In this document: piece by piece, positions 9,711 to 19,375 of the stretch
Numbering within the stretch: the first letter of the stretch is position 1
How the letters are laid out: each line of letters starts with the position of its first letter
Assembly (NCBI GenBank): GCA_963806855.1
Contig: CAWDYW010000001.1
Coordinates: 704,001-768,000, forward strand
Length of the DNA: 64,000 nucleotides
Direction of reading: 5' to 3'
Origin: an uncultured Verrucomicrobiae bacterium
GTDB lineage: Bacteria > Chlamydiota > Chlamydiia > Chlamydiales > Rhabdochlamydiaceae
Notes under the pieces: model-generated
The model's database searches: none
What the model saw: the letters and a program-made list of their open reading frames with translations, nothing else
Told to the model about the DNA's origin: nothing
Program-made: the position numbers and the translations under genes

Positions 9711-11254
9711 GGAGAGGGATCTAAAATCGAATCGTATTGCGCCTTAATCCCCCAAATTGCATCAGGGTCGAGCTGTTGATATCTCTTATATTTTTGGATT
9801 CGGTCATTTTCTTTGGCCCATCCCAAATGCTTGAGCCGTAAATTGGACGATTGGATTCGGAAGCCATAGATTGTTGTCGGAAATCGACCACAATGTTGAG
9901 GTGCCTCTTTCCATCGATAGGCAACTTCTGGGCGATAGCGCACTAAAAAAGGGATATGGTAGTTATGGGCACTCCATAGAGAATCATCGCGGAAATGGGT
10001 CTCATTCCAAAAATCATAGAGTCTAAAGGCAAAACCATCGACGTCGGGGTTTTTGAGCATCTCTACTATCTCTTGGTCGAACCGCTCTTCAAAGATCTCA
10101 TCGGCATCGAGAATCAGAATCCAGTCGGGATCGGTTTTCGTCACCTCTTCCCATAGCTGCTTGCGTAGGTTGACCTCATTTGAGAATTTGGACTCGCTAT
10201 TTCGAATGATGCGCAGAGGAATGTCTTTAAGGATTTCTTGGCATACCTGGATTGTATTGTCTGTGCTCGCATCGTCGACGATGACGGCATCGGTGATATA
10301 TTCACGCGCTTTCTCAAGCGCTTGTCTTAAATACCGATCGGATTCATTTTTCACGCACATCGCCAGAGTAAGCCGGGGCATATTTTGGGCGCATTGCCGT
10401 TTAAAAGCTGCCACCCCTTCCAGATTGGACTCACGATAAATATGGTAGGCTGGGTAGTGGGTATCAACATAAAGGCCGATTCCAAGAGCAGCAGCCCGAA
10501 TGCAGAAGTGGCGGTCTTCACCCCAAAACGTGATGTTAGGGATTTTTTTAAAACTCACCCCTTTTTGCAATGCTGATTTGCTGATGAGGGTGCAGGCGCC
10601 AAGTCCTCCTACAGGATAGACTCCCGGTTTTTTTAATTTGTTAATGAAATTAACCGTCCTTTTGACAGATTCTTCCTGTGTGAGCTTTTCCCCAGCTGCT
10701 TGCTCATTTAGGGTGTATTGATCATAGAGCCATACTTGAGGCAAAGGGATGGATTCTGGTGTCCATCTGGTCCAAAAAATTTCGGAGACGATTTCTTTAT
10801 TATCTCCGATCAAGTGCTCTATCGTTTTAGGATGGAGCACAATGTCTGAGTCGATCAGAAAAAGGTAGTCATAATTTTTTTGATTGGCAAATTGGATGAT
10901 CCGATCTTTAAAGGCGGCCACTTTCCAAATGTTGTCATCACTCCAGTGGTGCGTGACCTCGTTGCACTGATAGGGGGAAGATGAGGGGGCCTCTGGACTC
11001 AAGATCGAGCATTTCTTCCCCTTTTTTTGCGCAAATGCATGAAGAATCGCTTTTGATTGTTCTAGGTCGTTGTCATCGACGAAAAGAAAATGAAGGGTGC
11101 AGGCGGACTGATCAATTCGATCCAATGATTCGAGAAACTCCTTCAGAATGGCTGGCTTTTGCCGAATAGGGGAACCTACCAAGATGGTGGGCTTAGGAGT
11201 GGCAAAGACTGAGATTGAGAGAAAGAGGAAAAGGAAGAAAAAGCTCTTTTTCAT
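9686..11254 (-). CDS. Tandem double-domain GT2 glycosyltransferase with signal peptide
   Basis: Likely start MKKSFFFLFLFLSISVFA. Domain 1 has FVDDND, LIDSD, GGLGACTLI and WGEDRHFC; domain 2 has MCVKNE, VDDASTD and ILDADE. Confidence 0.88.
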   Translation of the reverse strand: MKKSFFFLFLFLSISVFATPKPTILVGSPIRQKPAILKEFLESLDRIDQSACTLHFLFVDDNDLEQSKAILHAFAQKKGKKCSILSPEAPSSSPYQCNEVTHHWSDDNIWKVAAFKDRIIQFANQKNYDYLFLIDSDIVLHPKTIEHLIGDNKEIVSEIFWTRWTPESIPLPQVWLYDQYTLNEQAAGEKLTQEESVKRTVNFINKLKKPGVYPVGGLGACTLISKSALQKGVSFKKIPNITFWGEDRHFCIRAAALGIGLYVDTHYPAYHIYRESNLEGVAAFKRQCAQNMPRLTLAMCVKNESDRYLRQALEKAREYITDAVIVDDASTDNTIQVCQEILKDIPLRIIRNSESKFSNEVNLRKQLWEEVTKTDPDWILILDADEIFEERFDQEIVEMLKNPDVDGFAFRLYDFWNETHFRDDSLWSAHNYHIPFLVRYRPEVAYRWKEAPQHCGRFPTTIYGFRIQSSNLRLKHLGWAKENDRIQKYKRYQQLDPDAIWGIKAQYDSILDPSPHLTKWEE

Positions 11255-11356
11255 TTTTTTAGCGTCCCTTTGATGATTTCGGTGATCCGTCTGCATGCTT
11301 GGCCGTCTCCATAAATGGAGCACTGGTTGTTGAGCGCTCAAAAGCAATTGAGAGAC

Positions 11357-11523
11357 TATACCCCGACTCGCCCAAAAGTGTGAATTTGGACCGCGCCAAA
11401 GCCTCGGGGTTCAACTGTTTTTCCGAGGGTTGTATTAAGTCGATACTACCCTCGGAAAAACAGTTGAACCGCGAGAGCTTTCGCGTGGGTCCAAATTCAC
11501 ACTTTTGGGCGAGTCGGGGTATA
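11357..11523. mobile_element. 167-bp TA-flanked palindromic MITE-like element, family B, copy 1
   Basis: TATACCCCGACTCGCCCAAAAGTGTGAATTTGGACC ... GGTCCAAATTCACACTTTTGGGCGAGTCGGGGTATA; a near-identical copy lies at 44073-44239. Confidence 0.9.
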
Positions 11524-11613
11524 AAACAAGGAAAAAAAACAAACGGTTTCATTCCGCAGAATTCTGAACGGAGCTGCGAAAAAAGTCAACTCTACACAAT
11601 CTCATTCACTATG

Positions 11614-12393
11614 TTACTGAAAGCAAGATTCAAAATGATCTTTCCGCTTAGCCAAGAATGCATGATCGGTGAGCTCATCGATATGGATGGGTACAGCAGT
11701 GACATAACCTTGCTGGAGAAGGGCCACGTCGCTTTCTTCATGCTCATCATGGTGTGCCCACTGGCCCCCGTGCCAATAGTAGGGGACGCCGTCGGGATGG
11801 ATCCGGTGTGACGGATCTTCAACCCAAAGGCCCTTTCCTTGACGTGCGAGCTTGACCCCTTTGAAGGAGGAGAATTTAGTTGGGAAATTGACGTTGAGGA
11901 TCGTTCCAGCAGAAAGGGGATGTTCGAGGATATGTTTCACCATCGGAGCGATGTACGATTCGATTATCTCATAGCGGGGAGTGTCAAATTCAGTGCTCGA
12001 AAAGGCGATTCCAGGTGTCTTGCGTAGAGCCCCTTCGATGACGCCGCCGATTGTGCCGCTGTAGAGAACGTTGCGCCCTGAGTTTGAGCCGCGGTTGATC
12101 CCTGAAACGATCAGGTCAGGTTTTTCACTGAGAATGATCCGCGTGCCGAAACGGACACAATCAGCAGGGGTGCCGTTTATTTTCCAAGCGGGCGTGCCCC
12201 GTTCCCATTTGACCGGACTGATCGTAATGGGCTGGTGGAGGGTGAGACCAAGACCAACGCCAGATTTTTCAGCAGCAGGTGCGATGATCGAGACATCGGC
12301 TATATCGACTAGGGCATGCCAAAGGTGCCAAATCCCCTCGGCGTGAATCCCATCGTCATTAGTAATTAAAATTTTCGGTCTTTTCTCAATCAT
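11614..12393 (-). CDS. surE: 5'/3'-nucleotidase SurE
   Basis: Motifs ILITNDDGI, GTPADCV and SGINRGSNSG..VLYSGTIG. Confidence 0.96.
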   Translation of the reverse strand: MIEKRPKILITNDDGIHAEGIWHLWHALVDIADVSIIAPAAEKSGVGLGLTLHQPITISPVKWERGTPAWKINGTPADCVRFGTRIILSEKPDLIVSGINRGSNSGRNVLYSGTIGGVIEGALRKTPGIAFSSTEFDTPRYEIIESYIAPMVKHILEHPLSAGTILNVNFPTKFSSFKGVKLARQGKGLWVEDPSHRIHPDGVPYYWHGGQWAHHDEHEESDVALLQQGYVTAVPIHIDELTDHAFLAKRKDHFESCFQ

Positions 12394-12410
12394 GGCTCAA
12401 AGTATACCAA

Positions 12411-13865
12411 TTATCGGATTTCTTCGGTTAGAACGTTCTTTTTGGTTGTCAAATGGGAGACAATCCAGATCGACAAGAAGCTAATCAAGAAGGCTGGAGG
12501 CAGCGGGGGGATGTCAAATGGAAATTTGTTTTGAACGAGCGGCCAGAGGGCAGCGACAAGCCCGCCGGTGACGATGCCGGTCCAAGCCCCATATTTATTG
12601 ATCTTGCGCATGTAGAGGCAGAGGAGCAGTAGCGGCCCGAAGGAGGCTCCAAGGCCAGACCAGGCATAGAGGACGAGGCCATAGATCGTGTCGATTTGGC
12701 CAATAGCGATGATAAAGGCGATGAGAGAGACGAAAATCACCCCCACCCTAGAGACTAGAAGAAGCTCTTTTGGTGAGGCTTTGGGGTGGAACACTTTTTT
12801 GTAAATGTCTTCGGTCAAGCTTGAAGAGAGGACGAGAACCATTGAACTCATCGCATTGATCGTCGCAGCGAAGACCGCACAGAGAATCAGCCCGACAAAG
12901 AAGGGATGGAACGATTGCTTCACCATCTGGATGAACACTTCGGCTTCAACAGGCAGCGGAGATTTGAAGAAGGGGATTCCAACCAGTCCGACCAGCGTTG
13001 CCGCTCCGAGCGCAAGAACCATCCAACTCATCCCGACTAATTTTGACTTGCCGATATCCTTAACCTTTTTAATTCCCATGAACTTGGTGATGATGTGGGG
13101 TTGGCCAAAGTAACCGAGCCCCCAGCCGATCGTTAAAAAGAATACATCGAATAGGGTATTAGCCTGGAAATTGGGAATGAGACTCGCTGTGAGCTGTTTG
13201 GTATTAATCGCAGAGTAGATTCCCTGAAATCCTCCAACCTTAGGAAGCAGAAAGAGAGGAACAAAAATGATCACACAGAGCAAGAACAACCCTTGGCAGA
13301 GGTCGATCCAGGCAAGCGTCGTATATCCACCGACAAAGACATAGGGGACCACGATCAAGATTCCAATGATGACGCCGAGATGGTATTCGATTCCGAAAAG
13401 AGTATTGAGCACCAGCCCCATCCCAACGAGAGCCGCCGAAATGTAAATCGTATAGAAAATAAAGAGCATGACAGCCGTGAAGATGCGGATGATTCCGGAA
13501 GTATCACCGAGACGGCTTTCAAAAAAGGAAGAGAAGGTCAAGCTGTTGTAGGCCTCCGTTGCAGTACGGACCCGCGGGGCGATCAGCTGCCAGTTGAGGA
13601 ACATAAAGATAACCAGACCGATCCCGGTCCAAGCTTGTTGCATGCCAAGCAGGTAGATCATCGCGGGGTAGCCCATGAAGAGCCAGCTGCTCATATCGCT
13701 GGCATGGGCCGCCAGGGCTGTCATCCAGAAATTTAGCGAGCGGTCACCGATGATGAAGTCGGTGTCGGAGTGTTGCTTTTTGTAGGAGGCGACGGCGACA
13801 AAAATTAAAGCGCCGAAATAGAGAAATACGGCGAAAAATTCCCATAAAAGCGAAGATAAATTCAT
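12411..13865 (-). CDS. putP: Sodium/proline symporter (SSS family)
   Basis: Motifs ASDMSSWLFMGYP, WGLGYFGQPHII and YAWSGLGASFGP; about 13 TM segments. Confidence 0.9.
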   Translation of the reverse strand: MNLSSLLWEFFAVFLYFGALIFVAVASYKKQHSDTDFIIGDRSLNFWMTALAAHASDMSSWLFMGYPAMIYLLGMQQAWTGIGLVIFMFLNWQLIAPRVRTATEAYNSLTFSSFFESRLGDTSGIIRIFTAVMLFIFYTIYISAALVGMGLVLNTLFGIEYHLGVIIGILIVVPYVFVGGYTTLAWIDLCQGLFLLCVIIFVPLFLLPKVGGFQGIYSAINTKQLTASLIPNFQANTLFDVFFLTIGWGLGYFGQPHIITKFMGIKKVKDIGKSKLVGMSWMVLALGAATLVGLVGIPFFKSPLPVEAEVFIQMVKQSFHPFFVGLILCAVFAATINAMSSMVLVLSSSLTEDIYKKVFHPKASPKELLLVSRVGVIFVSLIAFIIAIGQIDTIYGLVLYAWSGLGASFGPLLLLCLYMRKINKYGAWTGIVTGGLVAALWPLVQNKFPFDIPPLPPAFLISFLSIWIVSHLTTKKNVLTEEIR

Positions 13866-14608
13866 TTATTCAAAGCCTTGTTTGACCCATAGATCAAGCT
13901 GGCTTGTGCCAAATTTTCCCGCGCGTTTGGAAAGAGCTCTTCGATCTCCTGAAGGAGAAGCTCTGTCTTCCTGCGCATGGAATTTTGCCCCACTGGACAC
14001 TGACACAAGATCCTGGCAAATCCATGTTGACCTGCAAATTCTCTGATACTATTTTCACAGATGAAAAGCAAGGGGCGGATGATGGTGACACCATAATCGA
14101 CCATCGGCACTTTAGGCAAATTGGCGGCGAATTCTGCTTTATGAAGCAGATTAAGAAGCAGAGTTTGGATACTGTCATCACGGTGATGGCCAAAGGCGAT
14201 CGTCGTAATGCCGCGCGCTTTAGCTGCATCGAAGATCAGCTTGCGCCGCTCGCGCGAGCAGGGGTAGCAGGCGAGCGTTTCGAGTTTTTGCTTGGACGTC
14301 TCTTCGACAAACTCGACACCGAGCTGATGGCAGATCCCCTTTAAAAAGTCGGTATGCACCCCAGCGCCACACGAAAATGGGCCGCCAACGTGGATTGCAG
14401 TCACCGGGATCTCTGGAAAGCCGTTGCCTAAAATCGCTTTAAGCAAAAATAAAAGGGTGAGACTATCCTTACCGCCACTTAAGGCGATCGCCAATTTGTC
14501 GACTCCTTCGAGGAGCTGGAACTCATAGAGCGCCTTGCGGCACATGCTCTCGAGCTTCCGGCCGAGCCCTGTCCAAGGGGGTCTAGCTATAGGGGTGAGA
14601 AGTTGCAT
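13862..14608 (-). CDS. ttcA: tRNA 2-thiocytidine biosynthesis protein TtcA family
   Basis: PP-loop SGGKDS, CYPC, GHHRDD, IIRPL and CQCP. Confidence 0.9.
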   Translation of the reverse strand: MQLLTPIARPPWTGLGRKLESMCRKALYEFQLLEGVDKLAIALSGGKDSLTLLFLLKAILGNGFPEIPVTAIHVGGPFSCGAGVHTDFLKGICHQLGVEFVEETSKQKLETLACYPCSRERRKLIFDAAKARGITTIAFGHHRDDSIQTLLLNLLHKAEFAANLPKVPMVDYGVTIIRPLLFICENSIREFAGQHGFARILCQCPVGQNSMRRKTELLLQEIEELFPNARENLAQASLIYGSNKALNK

Positions 14609-14650
14609 CCAATCCTCCGCCCTGCTATTATAGCCTTAAAAAGGAAATAA

Positions 14651-14914
14651 ATGACGAAAAAAGTTGGTCGGAATGACCCATGCCCGTGCGGCTCAGGAAA
14701 AAAATATAAAAGTTGTTGCGGACAGCAAGGGACCAAGAAGAAATTCCAGGCTTCCGTGATCTCCGGCGGCACGGCACTAGGGAAGACTCTCGAGGGGAGA
14801 GCGGCGAAAATCTCTACAAATTTCTTTAGCAAGCCCCAACCTATGCAGGGCGAGCCACGCAAAATCGAGGCTAATAAACCCCATCATCCTCCAGAAGCCG
14901 ACAAGCCTATGTAA
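14651..14914 (+). CDS. SEC-C metal-binding domain protein
   Basis: [26 protein letters not shown]. Confidence 0.88.
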   Translation: MTKKVGRNDPCPCGSGKKYKSCCGQQGTKKKFQASVISGGTALGKTLEGRAAKISTNFFSKPQPMQGEPRKIEANKPHHPPEADKPM

Positions 14915-14937
14915 ACTCTCTGTACAATTAGGTCTGT

Positions 14938-15027
14938 TTCAACGCAAAGACGCAAAGTCGCCAAGACGCAAAAAAAATAAATTTACTTTTTCTTTGCGTC
15001 TTGGCGACTTTGCGCCTTTGCGTTGAA
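14938..15027. repeat. Long hairpin built from 8-bp periodic units (ACGCAAAG); probably also a bidirectional terminator
   Basis: TTCAACGCAAAGACGCAAAGTCGCCAAGACGCAAA ... TTTGCGTCTTGGCGACTTTGCGCCTTTGCGTTGAA, lying between convergent genes. Confidence 0.85.
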
Positions 15028-15048
15028 TTTGGTCTATTTGAAAAATTC

Positions 15049-16092
15049 TTAAACTTTCTTTGCTTCGATGACCGCAAATTCAGTATCTGTTTGGGTGACC
15101 GATTCGATCTTGAAGCCCGCTTGCTTTAGCAGCTCTTCAAAATCCTTTCTTGTTCTCTCTTTGCCGCCGGTGATTGCCATCATATAGACATCCATGCTCT
15201 TAGAGTAGGGATTGTCAGAAGAAATGATCGGCTCTACCAAAACGAGCGTTCCTTTAGAGGGCATCGCGTTGTGGCATTGCTTTAAGATTTTCAGAGCATC
15301 GGCATCATTCCAATCGTGGACGACCGATTTCAAGAGGTAGGCCTCTCCATCAGAGGGGACGCTTTTGAAAAAGTCACCTGCGATCACACCGCATCTTTCG
15401 CCAAAAGTTTTGAGATTGGGTTGTGCCTCTTTTACAACGGCAGCAGTATCAAATAATAGCCCTCTCATCGTCGGGTTCTTCTTTAGGAGAGCGGATAAGA
15501 AATGTCCAACGCCTCCACCGATATCATAAACTTTGGTGAATTTGCCAAAATCATAGGCATTCATGCAAGAGGTAATGACGATTTGCGACTTTTCCTTCAT
15601 CGCTTCGTTGAATTTCTTCGCGGAGGCTGGATGGTCTTTAAAGTAGGCAAATACAGGTTGTTGATAGGTGAGGTCGAAGGCAGGCTTACCCTCTTTCACG
15701 CAGCTGGCGAGTTGATCGAAGCTGCGGCTCATCTCCCCGCTGTAGAAGAGGACGAGAGAGCGAAGGGATTCAGGATGGTTTTGCGCCAAGAGAGCGCTTG
15801 TATCGGTGTTCGAAAATTGCCGATTGGCCCCTTCATTGAAAAAGCCTTCGCTAGCGAGAAAGCGCATCAAGCGGTAGAGGTTTTCCTCGTTGCAACCGGT
15901 GAGCTTTGCCAATTCTGAGATGCTCTTCGGTCCATCGGCAAGATGGGTCGCAATATCAAATTTGGCAGCTGTGTAGACTCCGTGCGCGACCCACTCTCCA
16001 GCTACAAGAGAGAGGACTTTTTGTCTTTCAGCAGAGTTGTCTGCGGAAAAAAGGAGTGATGTACATGTGAGTAAAAGTAGGAACGTTTTCAT
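15049..16092 (-). CDS. SAM-dependent O-methyltransferase (methyltransf_2 plus dimerisation domain) with apparent signal peptide
   Basis: Motifs YDIGGGVG, AGDFFKSVP, LKSVVHDWND and GGKERT; likely start MKTFLLLLTCTSLLFS. Confidence 0.9.
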   Translation of the reverse strand: MKTFLLLLTCTSLLFSADNSAERQKVLSLVAGEWVAHGVYTAAKFDIATHLADGPKSISELAKLTGCNEENLYRLMRFLASEGFFNEGANRQFSNTDTSALLAQNHPESLRSLVLFYSGEMSRSFDQLASCVKEGKPAFDLTYQQPVFAYFKDHPASAKKFNEAMKEKSQIVITSCMNAYDFGKFTKVYDIGGGVGHFLSALLKKNPTMRGLLFDTAAVVKEAQPNLKTFGERCGVIAGDFFKSVPSDGEAYLLKSVVHDWNDADALKILKQCHNAMPSKGTLVLVEPIISSDNPYSKSMDVYMMAITGGKERTRKDFEELLKQAGFKIESVTQTDTEFAVIEAKKV

Positions 16093-16255
16093 GCCGTCAT
16101 TTTGCAACATGTCCGATTTTTTGAGTATGATTTTTTGATTGGAGTATAAAATAAAAAGACCTATCTCGTTTATTTTCAATAATTAGATGTTTCTTTCTAT
16201 TTTTATTTCACAGTATAATATTTATTTATGTTAATAATAATGTAAGGGCGGCTTT

Positions 16256-16558
16256 ATGAATAAATGTCTATTTTTATTAGTTTTCTTATTTGGTCCAATA
16301 GCCGCATTTTCAGCCTCTCAATCTCAAGTGATCACAGTTGACGACGACGACGATAATGATGACCAAGGCTATTACGATGATGGCTACTACAATGATGGGG
16401 TCGTTTGGGTCGGACCAGGATACTATTATGGGACCTGGTTTAACTCTGAAAATGACTTCAATGGTTGGAGACGTAATTACTACTGGAGAGGTGGAGGGAG
16501 AGCTTACCGCGGGGGCGGAGGGGGATACCGTGCAGGTCGCGGCGGTGGAAGAAGGTAA
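16256..16558 (+). CDS. Small secreted protein with acidic stretch, aromatic motif and RGG-rich tail
   Basis: Signal peptide; paralog of the next gene. Confidence 0.75.
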   Translation: MNKCLFLLVFLFGPIAAFSASQSQVITVDDDDDNDDQGYYDDGYYNDGVVWVGPGYYYGTWFNSENDFNGWRRNYYWRGGGRAYRGGGGGYRAGRGGGRR

Positions 16559-16575
16559 ATTAAAAGAGGGAAAAA

Positions 16576-16938
16576 ATGAAAAAAGCATTATGGTTGTTTG
16601 CAATTTTTGGGAGCTTGGGGTTCAGCGCAATGGATGCTGCTGCCGTCCAAGTTCAGGTCGGACCAGGATACGATGATGAGTACTGTGATGATTGTTATGA
16701 CTACGGCTATTGGAATGATGGCGTTGTTTGGGCCGGTCCAGGCTGGTACTACGGTTACTGGTTTGCGAATGAACCTGCCTTTTGGGGTTGGCGCAGAAAC
16801 TACTACTGGCGAGGGCACGGGCATGGTTGGCATCACGGAGGTCATCACGGCGGTTGGCACGGCGGGCACCATGGAGGAGGACATCATGGGGGCGGACACC
16901 ACGGCGGTGGGCACCATGGTGGAGGCCATCACCGTTAA
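16576..16938 (+). CDS. Small secreted protein with aromatic motif and Gly/His (GGHH) repeat tail
   Basis: Signal peptide and SD GAGGG; shares NDGVVWxGPGxYYGxWF..GWRRNYYWRG with the previous gene. Confidence 0.78.
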   Translation: MKKALWLFAIFGSLGFSAMDAAAVQVQVGPGYDDEYCDDCYDYGYWNDGVVWAGPGWYYGYWFANEPAFWGWRRNYYWRGHGHGWHHGGHHGGWHGGHHGGGHHGGGHHGGGHHGGGHHR

Positions 16939-16950
16939 CCGAGTTTCCCT

Positions 16951-18909
16951 ATGTTGAGATTATTCCTGGCCCTACTATTGCTATTGCCGGTGGTCTCACA
17001 TGGGGAAAGCTTATTAAATCCTCTTGGGCAGGAATCGCAGCATGAGACGATTCCTAGCCCACTCCATTTAAGCTCCAGTTGGTGGCAATACTACGACGTC
17101 GACAAAGACAAGCTGGAGAAGAGGAAGGATGAGACCGAAAAACTCTTTGCTAGCCTGATCCAAAATCTGCCAGCAGAGGAGAAGGTCAAGGTCCAAGCAT
17201 TGGCAGATAAATTTGTCGCAGGGTTGCAGACGCTCATCGATCTGAAAGGGCAAAGCCAACCTGAGCTAAGTTACATTGCCACCTATCCAGAAAAATATAC
17301 CTTTCAGCAGTGGCTAGGGCTCGGCAAAAAATGGCTCGACAATCAGCGCGATCTTGAGCAGATACAGCTGAAATTGACCCTCATGCAGATCGCTCTGCGC
17401 TCGGGTAATCATCAGCTCGACACTCTTTTTGCAGCATATTTGGTGAGCAAAAATGAAGAGCTATCCATTCGCCTGGTCAAAAGCTTCGACATCATGAACA
17501 TGAAGCTCAATCTGGCCATCGAGCAGATCCAAGCGAACCTACTTAAAGCCCAGATCGAAGCGCAAAAAGAGAAGATCAAGCAAATTGAAAAAGAGGTTGC
17601 TTATTCACATAACCATATCGATTTTGCGACTGGAAATATCGATGAGCTCGACCAAAAGATTGCAAAGATGCAGAGCCGACTCAATGAGGAGCTAGGCCAA
17701 GAGAGCATCGATCAGCTGCTTGACCGGATGATCTTGATCAATTTAGAGCTGCAGAAAACGATCCTTCAGCTGGGAAGCAGGCAGATCACCACGCCGCCTG
17801 ATTATCGGGAAAAGATCGATCAGATCGAGAAAGAGACGCGCGATTGGAAAAATAAAACTGAGCTCATGCTCGACCAAGCGCTCAAAACCTCGGCCCTAGT
17901 CTCCCATCAAATGCTCGCAAATGCTGAGTCGATCATTTTGACTGTGCAGCAATTACAAAACGAAATCTTCTTCTCCAAATTCTTGATCGGGGAAATCCAC
18001 GCTCTCAAAAAGGAGATGCCGGCGACAGTTGGGGGTGTATTCGTCGGAATCGGCCACAGCATCGCCGATTTTTTCCAAGCACATGGGACCTGGTTTAAGC
18101 AAAGCCTCTTTAAATTGGGAAGCATCCCGGTGACGCCGCTTGGCCTCATCAAAATGATCTTGATCATCATGATCGCCTACCTGGTGGGAAAATTTTTAAG
18201 GCGGAGCATCCATAAATTTGGGAGGAAGCATGAGCTCATGACCAGCCCTGCCCTCTATATCCTAAGCCGGATGGTTTACTATGTGATCCTAGTGATCGGC
18301 CTCATCATCGCCGGAGCCAGTATCGGGCTCGATCTGACTGCGTTTGCCTACATCGCCGGTGCCATCACCGTCTGGATCGGGTTTAGCCTCCAGTCGATCT
18401 TCCACAACTTCATTTCAGGCATCATCATACTGCTGAGCAAATCGCTCAATATTGGCGATATCATCGTCCTAGATACCGGGGAAGTAGGGGAGATCACCGA
18501 GATAAACCTCAGGAACACCATTCTGACCACCTCCGATGGAGTGGAAGTCGTCATCCCCAACTCCGATCTGGTCACCAAGAAATTCACCAACCGCACCCTT
18601 GTCAAAAATAGCCGCAGAATCACCGTCCCCTTCCGGGTGCCTCTGAATGCCGATAAACCCTTCATCAAAAAGATTCTCACTGAAGCGGTCAAGGCGGCAC
18701 CGATCACTTTGCCCCATCCTCAGCCCGAGCTCTGGGTGACAAGCTACGGTGAAAACTTCCTCAATTGCGAACTGGCGATCTGGGTCAACGAAGCGCTCAG
18801 CCCGCTGCCCAACATGTCGACAAACGCCTACTACTTCAACCTGATCGACGATGCCTTGCGGGCGCACAACATCGAGATCCCTGTCATTACGCATGGATTC
18901 ACAAAATAG
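16951..18909 (+). CDS. Mechanosensitive ion channel, MscS family, with periplasmic coiled-coil N-terminus
   Basis: Motifs GFSLQSIFHNFISGIIIL and GEITEINLRNTILTTSDGVEVVIPNS. Confidence 0.9.
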   Translation: MLRLFLALLLLLPVVSHGESLLNPLGQESQHETIPSPLHLSSSWWQYYDVDKDKLEKRKDETEKLFASLIQNLPAEEKVKVQALADKFVAGLQTLIDLKGQSQPELSYIATYPEKYTFQQWLGLGKKWLDNQRDLEQIQLKLTLMQIALRSGNHQLDTLFAAYLVSKNEELSIRLVKSFDIMNMKLNLAIEQIQANLLKAQIEAQKEKIKQIEKEVAYSHNHIDFATGNIDELDQKIAKMQSRLNEELGQESIDQLLDRMILINLELQKTILQLGSRQITTPPDYREKIDQIEKETRDWKNKTELMLDQALKTSALVSHQMLANAESIILTVQQLQNEIFFSKFLIGEIHALKKEMPATVGGVFVGIGHSIADFFQAHGTWFKQSLFKLGSIPVTPLGLIKMILIIMIAYLVGKFLRRSIHKFGRKHELMTSPALYILSRMVYYVILVIGLIIAGASIGLDLTAFAYIAGAITVWIGFSLQSIFHNFISGIIILLSKSLNIGDIIVLDTGEVGEITEINLRNTILTTSDGVEVVIPNSDLVTKKFTNRTLVKNSRRITVPFRVPLNADKPFIKKILTEAVKAAPITLPHPQPELWVTSYGENFLNCELAIWVNEALSPLPNMSTNAYYFNLIDDALRAHNIEIPVITHGFTK

Positions 18910-19279
18910 CAATGCAGGAAATTTCGATAAGAGCATCCATCGGCAGGCGGGCCACTTGCACTGTTTGCCGAGCTGGCTTGATCGGACCCGAGAATTTCTC
19001 CCCATAGATTGCATTCACTTTCTGGAAATCATTCATGTCTTTTACAAACACTTCCACTTTCACCACATCGGCAAAAGACAACCCCGCAGCCATTAAAATC
19101 GCCTCGATATTGCGGAAAACTTGGCTAGTCTGCCACTCGATCGTCATTTCATCGATCTTCCCCGTTTTCGGATTGACCGGGATTTGCCCAGAGACAAAGA
19201 GAAATTGCTCCGTTGCGACAGCTTGTGAATAGGGGCCAATTGCTTTCGGGGCATCTGGTGTATCGATTTGCTTTTTCAT
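18899..19279 (-). CDS. ridA: RidA/YjgF enamine deaminase
   Basis: Motifs APKAIGPYSQAV, VSGQIP and PARQTVQVARLP; likely start MKKQIDT. Confidence 0.93.
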   Translation of the reverse strand: MKKQIDTPDAPKAIGPYSQAVATEQFLFVSGQIPVNPKTGKIDEMTIEWQTSQVFRNIEAILMAAGLSFADVVKVEVFVKDMNDFQKVNAIYGEKFSGPIKPARQTVQVARLPMDALIEISCIAIL

Positions 19280-19375
19280 CTGAAGTCCATTTTTTCTTTG
19301 AATGTTATCAAAATGATGACATTCATGCATTCGAGCATGTTGAATAATTTAACTCTCTGAAAATCAAAAAAATTA

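Noticed and set aside
11259..11811. ORFs 11259-11552, 11299-11811, 44038-44388 and 44096-44290, which share peptide sequence
   Set aside because: The similarity comes from reading through the family-B palindrome; they have no independent coding signals.
16820..16935. Short GGHH-coding repeats as a CRISPR array or DNA repeat element
   Set aside because: They are in-frame, synonymous-variable codon repeats with no spacers, and there are no cas genes in the window.
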